Source: Camelus ferus (Eukaryota). From it: 64,000 nucleotides of DNA. Shown here piece after piece: positions 63,540 through 64,000 of this stretch. Numbering within the stretch: the first letter of the stretch is position 1; every line of letters starts with the position of its first letter. A program made the translations under genes and the position numbers. The stretch spans positions 65,970,001-66,034,000 of the forward strand of contig NC_045696.1 in assembly GCF_009834535.1 (NCBI RefSeq), read 5' to 3'. The notes beneath the pieces were generated by a model. That model was not told where the DNA came from, made no database searches, and saw nothing but the letters and a program-made list of their open reading frames with translations.

Positions 63540-64000
63540 ACACCATGCCAAGAGTCCAGACAGACTCGCTTTACAGATAAGAAGCCCACCCAGAGCATCC
63601 AATCTATGTTAGCCTCCACTTTTAAACGTAAACAGACAACTATCAGGGGTGGACATACACCTAAGAAAATCCTCTAATATAAAAGAAACAAAAATGATCA
63701 GAAAAAGAAGCAACCTGAAGGGAATAGATCTTATGTGAAGAGAAGTAACTTTAGGAAAAACTATTAATTTTTATCTTCACAGCAATAAGAAAAAGAGTTA
63801 TCAGAAATTAAAAACATAAAATAGTAGAAATGAAGAGCTTAAAAAGTTGAGGGAAAAACAGTTTTAGGAAATGACAAAGAAGGAGAAAAGCAAGATAAAG
63901 AAATGGAAAATGAAGAAGAAAACTTTTTTAAAAATTAGAGGATGAGTTCAGGAAGTGCAAATGAGAAAGAGAGAACAGGGAAAAGAGAAGCGAGGATAGT
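63540..64000 (+). mobile_element. Old L1/HAL1 ORF1-like fragment, runs off the window end
   Basis: 'agaaattaaaaacataaaatagtagaaatg...gataaagaaatggaaaa...aaattagaggatgagttcaggaag' resembles decayed L1ME/HAL1 ORF1. Confidence 0.6.

Noticed and set aside
1..64000. CRISPR array, operon or other novel prokaryote-type system; tRNA/rRNA genes; CpG island
   Set aside because: The sequence is mammalian repeat-rich DNA; no regularly spaced direct repeats, long ORFs, structured RNA genes or CpG island were seen

Overview
This is AT-rich, CpG-depleted mammalian (eutherian) non-coding DNA, either intergenic or deep intronic. The youngest L1 3' ends (e.g. '...gacattgtgctgtacaccagaaattgacac...cttcaattaaaa') resemble cetartiodactyl L1 and most closely camelid (alpaca/camel) L1; this species call is from recall. 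I found no recognisable host protein-coding exon, RNA gene or prokaryote-type system. The ORFs in the track with recognisable homology are all decayed L1 ORF1/ORF2 or ERVL protease/RT; the rest look like chance ORFs. Much of the window is layered transposon fossils: L2, L3/CR1, MIR, L1ME-L1MA, young L1 3' stubs, MLT1/MLT2, LTR16/ERVL, two ERV1-type solo LTRs, MER45, MER102 and a mini-Tigger. Several keep readable target-site duplications (TSDs). The items most worth checking are a MER41-like solo LTR with a STAT-type motif, a candidate promoter/first-exon module near 5.9-6.25 kb, an inverted pair of L1 ORF1 segments, an ERVL provirus split by MIR-containing DNA, and a 3'-truncated L1 with an intact TSD. 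Repeat family names come from recalled consensus sequences, and boundaries are approximate unless a TSD or terminus is quoted.
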